A stretch of 64,000 bases of DNA from assembly GCA_902527265.1 (NCBI GenBank), contig CABZNY010000005.1, positions 2,511-66,510 of the forward strand, read 5' to 3'. Source of the stretch: an uncultured Pelagibacteraceae bacterium (GTDB taxonomy: Bacteria; Pseudomonadota; Alphaproteobacteria; Pelagibacterales; Pelagibacteraceae). This document shows positions 34,958 to 43,292 of this stretch, in pieces (the stretch's first letter is position 1; every line of letters begins with the position of its first letter). The notes under the pieces were generated by a model, which had not been told where the DNA came from, searched no databases, and saw only the letters and a list, made by a program, of their open reading frames with translations. The position numbers and the translations under genes were made by a program.

Positions 34958-35962
34958 GTGCAAAAAGTATTAATTTTAAAAAATGATAGAGTAGGTGATT
35001 ATTTCACTTCCATCAAATCAATAAATCTTATTTTAAACAAGCATAAAGATAAAGATATAGAAATATTTCTCTCAAAAATAAATTACAAATTTAATTTTAT
35101 TTTTAAAAATTTAGAAACAAAAATTTTTAATTATAATTTAAATTATATTGAGAAAATTAGAATTTTTTTTTATCTTTTTTTTAATAATATAAGCGACATT
35201 TATATTTTAGCACCAAAGAATTTTTATTATTATTTACCAATTTTTTTTAGAAAAATAAAATTTCATGCTATATGTATTGAATCAGAAAAAAGTAGACCTT
35301 CTAATTATTTAAAAAGCTTTTTATATAGCAAAGAAACATTATACAGAAATAATAAATCAAAAATTTTATCTGTATATAAAGTTCTCGAAAATTTAATTAA
35401 TTATAAAACCCAATATAAAGATTTTATATCCTTTAACTTCGATAAATTTAATTTTTTTGAATTTCCAGAGAAATCTACATTTTTTCATTATAAACATAAT
35501 TTATTTGATGAAAAACTTAATTGGTCAAACTTTGAAATTAAAAATTTTATTTATTATTTGGCAAAAAAAAGAAATTACATAGTATTTTCGTCTGAACTCA
35601 ACAATAAGGAAAAAAATTATTTTTTTTATAAAAATTTTAACAGTTATGACTTTAATACAAAAAAATATAATAAATTAAATAATGATAATGTTTTATTTCT
35701 CAAAAATATAGAAGGAAAAGATTTGGTTAATGCAATTTATCTGTGTAATGATGTTATTGCTCCAGAAAGTGGTATTACCCACATTGGTAGTTTTTTGAAT
35801 AAAAAAACTTTGGCTTTAATGCACTTTAATTTTAACCATAAAAATGATATTTTTAAACAAATTATTGCCTGCAAAGAATGGGCACCATTATCTAATTTTC
35901 AATTTACAATTCTTAAAAAAGATTTTTCAAAATCAATTAATAAATTATCAAAAATAATATAA
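34958..35962 (+). CDS. Putative GT9 (heptosyltransferase-like) glycosyltransferase
   Basis: ILKNDRVGD N-terminus and ESGITHI (DSG..H-like) motif. Confidence 0.65.
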   Translation: MQKVLILKNDRVGDYFTSIKSINLILNKHKDKDIEIFLSKINYKFNFIFKNLETKIFNYNLNYIEKIRIFFYLFFNNISDIYILAPKNFYYYLPIFFRKIKFHAICIESEKSRPSNYLKSFLYSKETLYRNNKSKILSVYKVLENLINYKTQYKDFISFNFDKFNFFEFPEKSTFFHYKHNLFDEKLNWSNFEIKNFIYYLAKKRNYIVFSSELNNKEKNYFFYKNFNSYDFNTKKYNKLNNDNVLFLKNIEGKDLVNAIYLCNDVIAPESGITHIGSFLNKKTLALMHFNFNHKNDIFKQIIACKEWAPLSNFQFTILKKDFSKSINKLSKII

Positions 35963-36888
35963 TGGATAAAATATTAACTGTTGAAATTGCTGAAGGTCTA
36001 GGAAATCAGTTATTTATGTATTCTCATGCATATTCTCTATCAAAAAAATTTGACTATAAGATTAAAATCGACAGTACAAGTGGATATTATAAGAGAAAAA
36101 ATAGACTACGCGACCATCAAAAGTATATGTTATATTATTTTAATATTGATCAAAAGCTTGCTTTATCTAATTATAGATACGATAATATTTACAAAAGAAA
36201 TAAAAAAAAATTACAAATATTTATTGATAAATTTAGTTCTAAGAAAAAATTTTTAATTGAAAAAAAAACCAAAATAAATGGAATTAAAATAGCTAAATCT
36301 TTTACTGATTTGGATTATAGAAAACTTTCAAATTCAATTTACGTTCAAGGGAATTATGAAGATTATAATTATTTTAATTTTATAAGAAAAGATTTAATCA
36401 GAATGTACAAGCCTCTAAATAAATATGTAAAACCTAACAATGATATAATTGAAAAATTAAATAAATCAAATTCAGTATCTATTCATATCAGACAAAATAA
36501 ATTTACTGAACAACCTCATGAGAAGAAAGATAAACACAAAATTCAATCATCTAAAATATTTGCTGATAAATTAATTCAATATATTAATAAATCTGTAGAA
36601 TATTTTGAAGCCAATGTTGATAATCCTGTGTTTTTTATTTGGTCAAATGATTTTACTAACCTAGAAAAATATTTTAATAAATCTAAGTTTAATTATATTC
36701 TTGGTAATGATCCAATTAATGATTTTAACCTTTTTTCCTATGCTAAACATTTCATTGTTGGTGGATCAACTTTCCATTGGTGGGGTGCGTATTTAAATGA
36801 AAATCCTCATAAAATTTGTGTTGTCCCATCAAATATCAATCCATCAGGTAACCCAAATTTTTATCCTAACGAGTGGAAAAAAATTTAA
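35962..36888 (+). CDS. GT11 alpha-1,2-fucosyltransferase-like protein
   Basis: GLGNQLF, VSIHIR, STFHWWGAYL, YP..W..I. Confidence 0.82.
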   Translation: MDKILTVEIAEGLGNQLFMYSHAYSLSKKFDYKIKIDSTSGYYKRKNRLRDHQKYMLYYFNIDQKLALSNYRYDNIYKRNKKKLQIFIDKFSSKKKFLIEKKTKINGIKIAKSFTDLDYRKLSNSIYVQGNYEDYNYFNFIRKDLIRMYKPLNKYVKPNNDIIEKLNKSNSVSIHIRQNKFTEQPHEKKDKHKIQSSKIFADKLIQYINKSVEYFEANVDNPVFFIWSNDFTNLEKYFNKSKFNYILGNDPINDFNLFSYAKHFIVGGSTFHWWGAYLNENPHKICVVPSNINPSGNPNFYPNEWKKI

Positions 36889-37802
36889 ATTTTGATCTTA
36901 TTTAATGCGTTATTTTTAAAAAGGTTGGCTTCTTTTATATATCTTCTAACCATTTGAGTTGTTTTATGTCCGGTCATTGCCATTATATTTCTCTCTTCTG
37001 CTCCCGCTTCTGCAGCTGCAGTAGCAAACCCTGACCTTAAACTATGCCCACCATATTTATTTGAGTCTAATCCAGCTAATATTGCATATTTTTTAATTAT
37101 TAGAGAAACTGATTTGTCTGAAATTTCATATATTTTGCCACTTTTAATATTTCTATAGTTAATCCAATTTTTAAGTTTAATTACTGGACAATACTCAGTA
37201 TTAATGAAGTAGGGTATAGCTTTAATACTGCCTTCTCCAACTTGATCTGTTTTTGATTTTTTTATGAAAATCTTTAGACCTTCATCCACAAACTCTAGAT
37301 CATCTAATTCTATATTTACAAGTTCTGACCTTCTAAACCCACCTGAGAATCCTAATAATATTAATGATTTATTTCTTACTCTTTTATATTCATTTTTTTC
37401 TTTCTCATCTATAACATTAAGTATTATTTTTAAATCATTGATTAGTAATGGTTTTTTTGACTTCTGGTAAGATCCATTAATTCTTTTAATACCTAATAGA
37501 TTTTCCATTATAATTGGATGTTTGGCATCCAAATAATGACCTTTCATTTTATGAATAACTTTTATTGATGCTATTCTTCGTTTTAAAGTACTGAATTTAT
37601 TAGTTTTAGATAAATGTGTTAAATAAATAGAGAGAATTTTAGGCTCTGTAGGAAGATGTTGGAGACCATTTTTTAAACAAAATAAAGTAAAATCCTTAAA
37701 ATCTGATTCATAAGCTCTCACAGTATTAATTGCCTTAGAACTTTTAAGGTTATTTATTGTTTCTAACTCAAGTTTTTTTACGTCTGAAATTATATCATTC
37801 AT
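36885..37802 (-). CDS. Tyrosine site-specific recombinase (Cre-like), catalytically intact
   Basis: NTVRAY.SD..DF core-binding N-domain; R (GFRRSEL), K (KSKTDQ), HSLR, GH, Y (RRY). Confidence 0.92.
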   Translation of the reverse strand: MNDIISDVKKLELETINNLKSSKAINTVRAYESDFKDFTLFCLKNGLQHLPTEPKILSIYLTHLSKTNKFSTLKRRIASIKVIHKMKGHYLDAKHPIIMENLLGIKRINGSYQKSKKPLLINDLKIILNVIDEKEKNEYKRVRNKSLILLGFSGGFRRSELVNIELDDLEFVDEGLKIFIKKSKTDQVGEGSIKAIPYFINTEYCPVIKLKNWINYRNIKSGKIYEISDKSVSLIIKKYAILAGLDSNKYGGHSLRSGFATAAAEAGAEERNIMAMTGHKTTQMVRRYIKEANLFKNNALNKIKI

Positions 37803-37808
37803 TTCTTT

Positions 37809-37835
37809 TTTCCGATAACCATTAATTATCGGAAA
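37809..37835. promoter_or_regulatory. Candidate recombinase crossover/binding site (lox/dif-like inverted repeat)
   Basis: TTTCCGATAA-ccattaa-TTATCGGAAA: perfect 10-bp arms, 7-bp asymmetric spacer, 6 nt upstream of recombinase ATG. Confidence 0.65.
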
Positions 37836-37886
37836 CTATAATATAACACATTTTACAAGTCAAGCATTTAATGTAAAAGAATCTCA

Positions 37887-38051
37887 ATGCCTAAATATGT
37901 ATTAATCGGTTTGATTGTTGTTATTGGAACATTTCTAATTATGAATTACTGGCCAAAATTAAAAGAACAAACAAAAAATCGTATTTTAATGATTATTTTT
38001 GGCATATTTTTTATAAGCATTTTTGTTCTGCTATTTTTATTAATGTTTTGA
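37887..38051 (+). CDS. Small 54-aa membrane protein with two predicted TM helices (missing from ORF track)
   Basis: Manual translation MPKYVLIGLIVVIGTFLIMNYWPKLKEQTKNRILMIIFGIFFISIFVLLFLLMF*; two hydrophobic stretches with a basic loop. Confidence 0.65.
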   Translation: MPKYVLIGLIVVIGTFLIMNYWPKLKEQTKNRILMIIFGIFFISIFVLLFLLMF

Positions 38052-38057
38052 GGTTAA

Positions 38058-38531
38058 TTGATAGATATTATTAGTATTTTAGTTGCTGGGATATTTTCAT
38101 GCATAATTCTTGATATTCTAGGTTATTTACTCAAATTGATGGGTATTCCAGAACCATCATGGGGAATTGTTGGAAGATGGACTTATTATATGCTTAAAAA
38201 TGCTACTTTTTATAACCCAAATATTGCTCAATTGCCGAATGTTAGGTATGAGGTCATTATTGGTTGGATTTTTCACTATTATGTATCGATTTGTTGGGCT
38301 GTGATCTATTATTTTTGTTTTTTAATTGTAGGTCTAAAAATGACATATTTTTCAGGCTTTATATTTGGAGCTCTTACAACATTAGCTCCATTATTGATAT
38401 TTCTTCCTTTTACAGGACAAGGAGTGTTTGCAAATAAGACTGAAATACCTATTAAAACATCAGTTATGTTTCTAATCAGACACTCAATTTACGGAATTGC
38501 TATGTATGAGGGTTTTAGATGGTTTACTTAA
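38058..38531 (+). CDS. Membrane protein, DUF2938-like
   Basis: W..VGRW, GW.FHY, P..G.G.F pattern; TTG start with GAGGT upstream. Confidence 0.65.
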   Translation: MIDIISILVAGIFSCIILDILGYLLKLMGIPEPSWGIVGRWTYYMLKNATFYNPNIAQLPNVRYEVIIGWIFHYYVSICWAVIYYFCFLIVGLKMTYFSGFIFGALTTLAPLLIFLPFTGQGVFANKTEIPIKTSVMFLIRHSIYGIAMYEGFRWFT

Positions 38532-38638
38532 AGCTTTAGATTAAGTTATCCCCATTATTCATCCCTGTTAAAAACTCATTATATTCAACGATAAAGTGAT
38601 ACATACAACCTACTCTATCTGATATTGTCTTAAATGAA

Positions 38639-38821
38639 TTAAGAGGCAACTCTTAACTGACCAGCTAGGGAAAAACCGAGAGGTTCAAGCCTAGAGGGCA
38701 GAAAGCTCTGCAGAGTAGCGCTAAAATTGTAGGGTGGACGGCATGGCGGTAGCGCATACAACGACGTGCCAAAAACTACTGTTCTTTGTACCTGAAAAGG
38801 TGCAAGGAAACAGGGTTTTTT
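38639..38821 (+). ncRNA. Structured GC-rich RNA (sRNA or cis-regulatory leader), family unassigned
   Basis: GC-rich island in AT-rich DNA; hairpins with GCAA, GAGA and GAAA tetraloops, possible pseudoknot pairings, ends in hairpin plus T6. Confidence 0.75.
38771..38821 (+). terminator. Intrinsic terminator-like hairpin
   Basis: CTGTT-CTTTGTACCT-GAAA-AGGTGCAAGG-A-AACAG followed by GG-TTTTTT. Confidence 0.7.
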
Positions 38822-38827
38822 CTATAT

Positions 38828-39103
38828 ATGATCCTCAAAGGCACAAAATTTCAATTAAAAGTATGGAAATATCTAAAAACTATTCCTAAAGGTCAAATCA
38901 GAACCTATTCTGAAGTAGCAAAAGCTATTAAAAAGCCAAAAGCAGTAAGAGCTGTAGCAAATGCCATAGGAAAAAACCCATATGCACCAAAAATCCCCTG
39001 CCACCGAGTAATTAGATCAGATGGCTCTTTAGGAGGTTATTCAGGTAGAGGTGGCATAAATACCAAGAGAAAATTGCTAAAATTAGAAGGTATTTTGCTC
39101 TAA
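38828..39103 (+). CDS. Minimal O6-methylguanine-DNA methyltransferase (MGMT C-domain only)
   Basis: GT.FQ.KVW, IPKG..RTY, AVRAV..A, PCHRV active-site Cys; start ATG 38828. Confidence 0.9.
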   Translation: MILKGTKFQLKVWKYLKTIPKGQIRTYSEVAKAIKKPKAVRAVANAIGKNPYAPKIPCHRVIRSDGSLGGYSGRGGINTKRKLLKLEGILL

Positions 39104-39485
39104 AAATGTTTAATAGCAACGTTTTTTAATAATTTTACTATATTTGGTTATTTTTTTTTAATATCACCTATAAGTTGCACCGTAAAATAATAAATGTTTG
39201 AAATAGACCTATTTTTGGGCGTTTAAACACTATATTCTTATAATGCAGAGCTCGTGTTTTTTTTTAAAAATTATATGTAATTTTAGATCAAATTCTTTTG
39301 TATCACTTGACACAATTCACCTCCAATATTGGAATAATCTTATTGCACTTGAATATGTAAATTTTTATACCACCCCTACCCCTTAAAAAAGCAATAAATA
39401 TCAGTAGTTTAAACCAATAATGAATATTCACTGAATTATAATTACTTAAAAATATAGTTAGAATACTTATTGACAGATGTATCAT

Positions 39486-39503
39486 AGTTGACAGCTGTCA
39501 ACT
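39486..39503. repeat. Perfect 18-bp palindrome AGTTGACAGCTGTCAACT
   Basis: Read directly; a degenerate copy TTGACAGATGT lies at 39470-39480. Confidence 0.85.
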
Positions 39504-39660
39504 TTTGGAACATTAATAGTACATTTTCACACGTGTAAATTTATGATTATGTTTTGGATATCTTATTAAAATATTATAATATAAATAAATGTAACAATTA
39601 CAGTATTTTATTAACATAAATTAAAGTATCACATTAATATATGGTAACATTTTGTTTACT

Positions 39661-40005
39661 TTAGTTGAAAGATTTCAAAGTTCTAACTTTAAGAAACTCA
39701 AGGAAATCAACAATATTGCTATCTTTGTTCTTATAATCCTCCGATAATGCCTCAATACCCTCACTGTAAACTTTACTTGGATTGTCATTAGAGAGCTTTA
39801 TCATGCCTCTAGCAATAGCATTGCATAAATCATATTCATCTTCAGTCATATTTTCTTTATTATCCCCTACTACTGAGCATGAAAATCCCTTATCAACAGG
39901 TGTAACCATTAAATGAATGGATCTTGAAAATATAGCCCTTTTTTTTTCATTTATTTTTATAAACAATATTGCTTCTATTTTTCTTAATATAATTAATGTC
40001 CTCAC
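39661..40005 (-). CDS. Hypothetical protein, possibly phage-derived; true start probably ATG 39950 via a frameshift in an A9 tract
   Basis: Open frame with protein-like composition; ATGA overlap with upstream stop at 39950 is 1 nt out of frame. Confidence 0.55.
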   Translation of the reverse strand: MRTLIILRKIEAILFIKINEKKRAIFSRSIHLMVTPVDKGFSCSVVGDNKENMTEDEYDLCNAIARGMIKLSNDNPSKVYSEGIEALSEDYKNKDSNIVDFLEFLKVRTLKSFN

Positions 40006-40642
40006 TAAATTCTTTTACAAAGTATTTTTGAGCCTTCTTTAATGCATTAAGATGTTTTTTTTCAACATATATATCTTTATCTAAATAAACTTTACTAACA
40101 TTCGAATTAAATTCTGATGAAATAGTTTCAAGACATGAATTGAGATTTTCTAGTTTACCTACAAGTTCTGGGTATCTTACATCAGTAGTAATTGACCAAA
40201 AATCACAAACATCATCAAAATCGAAATTTGACAAATTTGAATTTTTGATAATTTTTTGAGTAATTTGCTTGTTATATAAGATATTAAATTTAGTTTTAAA
40301 TTCTCTTGAAATATCTTTTTTGGAATTTTCTATATCATTATTAAGGTTTTTTGTATCTTTAAGATTATTTATAACAAATTTACTACCATTTTCAGAAATT
40401 TTATACATTTTCTCTCCTACTTTAATTAACCATCCATTTTTATACAGCGGGCTTTTGGCATTCATTATTTGTGTATAAACTTTATTTGAGTCAGTGTGAT
40501 TTTTAAATCCTTGTAGTGAAAAATCATTAGGAAATATTTCCCAACATTTTACGGCTAGTGCTTCTGATGAGAAAGATTGTTTATTTCCTAACTCAAAACA
40601 AGCTAACAAGACTTTTTCAGCAACTGTTAATTTAGTTTTCAT
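39947..40642 (-). CDS. Hypothetical protein with N-terminal winged-helix-like domain
   Basis: KLT..E.VLLA..EL...FSSEALAV..W..FP..FSL.G...DS..V...GWL.KVGE..YKISE.G pattern. Confidence 0.6.
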   Translation of the reverse strand: MKTKLTVAEKVLLACFELGNKQSFSSEALAVKCWEIFPNDFSLQGFKNHTDSNKVYTQIMNAKSPLYKNGWLIKVGEKMYKISENGSKFVINNLKDTKNLNNDIENSKKDISREFKTKFNILYNKQITQKIIKNSNLSNFDFDDVCDFWSITTDVRYPELVGKLENLNSCLETISSEFNSNVSKVYLDKDIYVEKKHLNALKKAQKYFVKEFSEDINYIKKNRSNIVYKNK

Positions 40643-43043
40643 CTGACTTTACAAAATCGAGTTTCATTATCACATCTAAATGTTTTTTCATTTTTATTTG
40701 AAAATCAACGTTATGTTTATTATATTCATCTATAAGATCCTTTCGTGTAAAGTTTTCATCATCAATATTTTTGGCATTCATAAGATTTACAGTGCCAATA
40801 ATATCAAACCATTTCTCCATTAGATAAACTTTAAACTCTCTACTTTTTTGACCATCTGATTTAAGTTTTTTTGATTTTATATTTCTTAAGAAAGCGGCTA
40901 CGGGAGATTGTAAATTAATCCACCAAATACCAGCTTCAACATCTCTTAAACGCTGATGAACAGGAGCATTTGTTTCTTTTAGGTTAACTGGTTTTGTAGA
41001 GTCTTTTACTAATGGATCGAAATCAATTCCACTCAATAATACTTTTGGAAAACCACCACCTTTACTTTGTGGAGGTTCATTATTTTCTAATATATGAAGA
41101 TCTACAGAATTACTTTCACAATCATCAGACATAATTGTTAATGTTGTATTACCTTTCTTAAGCCCTGAAATTAGTCCAGTTGAAGATCCACCAGCAATAA
41201 CATCATTATTTATTTCGTAATTAAGGTAACAATTATTAATACGACGGTTATTTGTATCAATAACGTTAGGCTTTATTCTTGTAAATTTTCTTTCTTTCAA
41301 ATTAATTCTTAGAGTATTGTCTACAAAAGGAGATTTTGTTTTATCTACATCTATTTCAGAAATAGCTATTACCTCAATATCAACATGATTAGATTTAAGT
41401 TTACCATTCATAGTTTCAACCGAAATCGATGTTGAGCCAGCTTTTGAAGTGTACAGTAAGTTTAAATTTCTCTCATCTTCTTTAATAATTCCATTATTTG
41501 AAAATTTCCAATTAACAGGTTTATTTCTTAAAAGATCTCCTTTTTTATTAAAGGTTTTGATTATTGGTCTGAATGAAACCCCAATTCCAGCATACTGATT
41601 AGTTATGTCCAACTCAATTTTTACTGCTGTAGAATCTTCTGGATATTTTTTTGGTTTTACATACCCAGTTCCACTACCTGTGCTTGCGCCAGATCCAAAA
41701 CCATAAGGATTTAATAAAAAATCTTTTTTAAAAATATCTTCTAATTTTTTATTTATTGTTGATATATCTTGCTTTGCTTCTTTTTCTATTTCAGACTTAT
41801 CTTTCTCCATTTTATCTATTGCAATTTTATCAATTACCTCTGTAACCCAGTTTTGAACAGCTCTAACAAATTTGTCGTTACCTAACTCGGTTCTAGTATT
41901 GCTTGCAAATTTTTGAAAATAATCATGAAATACTTCACCATATAAATATCTTGGAAATGCACTGCTATGATTAGTTACATCATTCATTCTATATCTACCG
42001 TGTACAACTTTTATACCTGATGCCGATCTTGCTTTTATACAATGTCGAGATCTAAAACGTGAATTGTATATTGTTTCGTAATAAGATCTTATTGTTAGAT
42101 ATTTTTCCTGACAACCATCTTTAAACGTTTTACTCTCTTTCATATTTACTTCATCCATTGTTTTTGGATCAATTAAAATATCAGGCATTTCATATCTTTT
42201 TTCAGCAATAAAATCCTTATGTGGAATCATTTTTTCAACTTTATGCACAAAAGAATTATTTTTTTTATCTTTAATGAGTGTGGAATTATGAAAAACGTAC
42301 ATATCAATATCGTTTAACACATCCTCTATTTCAATATCAGAGGTTAAAAGATCTTCTATTATTCTACTAGTTTTTATTTTTTCATTAAAACCATAAGGAT
42401 TTTCACCTATGAAAAAAGTAAAATTTTTATTTATTTTTATATGTTCTTGAATATTCTTAGGTAAATTTCTGAGAGAAATATTGAATTTTTTTAATAAATT
42501 TTTTAGATTTTGTGAAGAATTCGTAGTGTACGTAGGGTTGCTTCTAACGGGAAATGGATTTGTAATTTCACCATGTGAAGATCTCATGCTCTCATAACCA
42601 GCTTCGATAATTTTATTATTTTTACAAGTATACCAAAATGCTTTATCAAATAACGCAGCTGCATATATTTTACCGCCATTACCAAGTCCACCATAAATTT
42701 CTGATGATTTGGTATTCTTATCTATAGCAGCCTTTCTATCCATTAATTTTAAGAGTCTAGTTACTTGACCTTCGTCCATACCCCCAAAATCTAAAAAACC
42801 TATTTTTGAACTTTCACTACCTGTTTTATCAATAAAAAAAGCTAAGCAAAATTTTTCAACATTTTTATCATTATTATTTTTTCTTCTTGCTACATCAGCT
42901 GCAGTATTTTTACATAATTCTCTTAATCCTTCGTGGTGTTCATTAAAACCTTGGGCTAATGTTTTAATTGCTCCTTCATAATCGATTGTTTTAACAATTG
43001 TGTAATTTGTTTTATTAGCATTTACCATTTTTATAGTTTCCAT
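40632..43043 (-). CDS. GHKL/MORC-type ATPase with two tandem bacterial Ig-like domains
   Basis: N-box ELCKN..AD, G1 DFGGM, G2 GGLGNGGK; Big_2-like repeats (VNWKFSN...AGSTSISV; TGLISGLKKGNTTLTI); C-terminal IWWINLQSP. Confidence 0.72.
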   Translation of the reverse strand: METIKMVNANKTNYTIVKTIDYEGAIKTLAQGFNEHHEGLRELCKNTAADVARRKNNNDKNVEKFCLAFFIDKTGSESSKIGFLDFGGMDEGQVTRLLKLMDRKAAIDKNTKSSEIYGGLGNGGKIYAAALFDKAFWYTCKNNKIIEAGYESMRSSHGEITNPFPVRSNPTYTTNSSQNLKNLLKKFNISLRNLPKNIQEHIKINKNFTFFIGENPYGFNEKIKTSRIIEDLLTSDIEIEDVLNDIDMYVFHNSTLIKDKKNNSFVHKVEKMIPHKDFIAEKRYEMPDILIDPKTMDEVNMKESKTFKDGCQEKYLTIRSYYETIYNSRFRSRHCIKARSASGIKVVHGRYRMNDVTNHSSAFPRYLYGEVFHDYFQKFASNTRTELGNDKFVRAVQNWVTEVIDKIAIDKMEKDKSEIEKEAKQDISTINKKLEDIFKKDFLLNPYGFGSGASTGSGTGYVKPKKYPEDSTAVKIELDITNQYAGIGVSFRPIIKTFNKKGDLLRNKPVNWKFSNNGIIKEDERNLNLLYTSKAGSTSISVETMNGKLKSNHVDIEVIAISEIDVDKTKSPFVDNTLRINLKERKFTRIKPNVIDTNNRRINNCYLNYEINNDVIAGGSSTGLISGLKKGNTTLTIMSDDCESNSVDLHILENNEPPQSKGGGFPKVLLSGIDFDPLVKDSTKPVNLKETNAPVHQRLRDVEAGIWWINLQSPVAAFLRNIKSKKLKSDGQKSREFKVYLMEKWFDIIGTVNLMNAKNIDDENFTRKDLIDEYNKHNVDFQIKMKKHLDVIMKLDFVKSDEN

Positions 43044-43279
43044 TTATCTGTCCTCTTCTCTTGAGCTTCAAACTTGTTTTTTACAATTTTGTACTCGTCA
43101 TAGATATCATCGAGGATCTTCTTAAATTCTTTACTTTCATATTTATAATTATTCTTATTAAGGAGATTAGAGACCCGCCTAAGGTGTTTTAAGACGTTAT
43201 TTACTCTTATTGGGGCTATTCTTGTGAACCGTTCTCTTTTTTCCACAATGTTACCTTTGTTTTTATTTTCTCCTTCCAT
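43031..43279 (-). CDS. Small basic helical protein (KRERF..IA..RVN..L..L..VSNL.N..NY.Y), possible regulator
   Basis: 82 aa from ATG 43279 with strong SD GAAGGGAG; coupled to ATPase start. Confidence 0.75.
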   Translation of the reverse strand: MEGENKNKGNIVEKRERFTRIAPIRVNNVLKHLRRVSNLLNKNNYKYESKEFKKILDDIYDEYKIVKNKFEAQEKRTDKWKL

Positions 43280-43292
43280 TTTCTCCCTTCTT

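Noticed and set aside
38546-38554. DnaA-box-like TTATCCCCA
   Set aside because: Single one-mismatch box with no cluster, and gene orientation suggests terminus rather than origin.
38786-38827. N-terminal extension of the MGMT ORF from TTG 38786
   Set aside because: Lies inside the terminator hairpin; homology begins at ATG 38828.
39303-39485. 60-aa minus-strand ORF in the long intergenic gap
   Set aside because: No SD or motif, composition looks like translated AT-rich non-coding DNA, and it overlaps the palindrome cluster.
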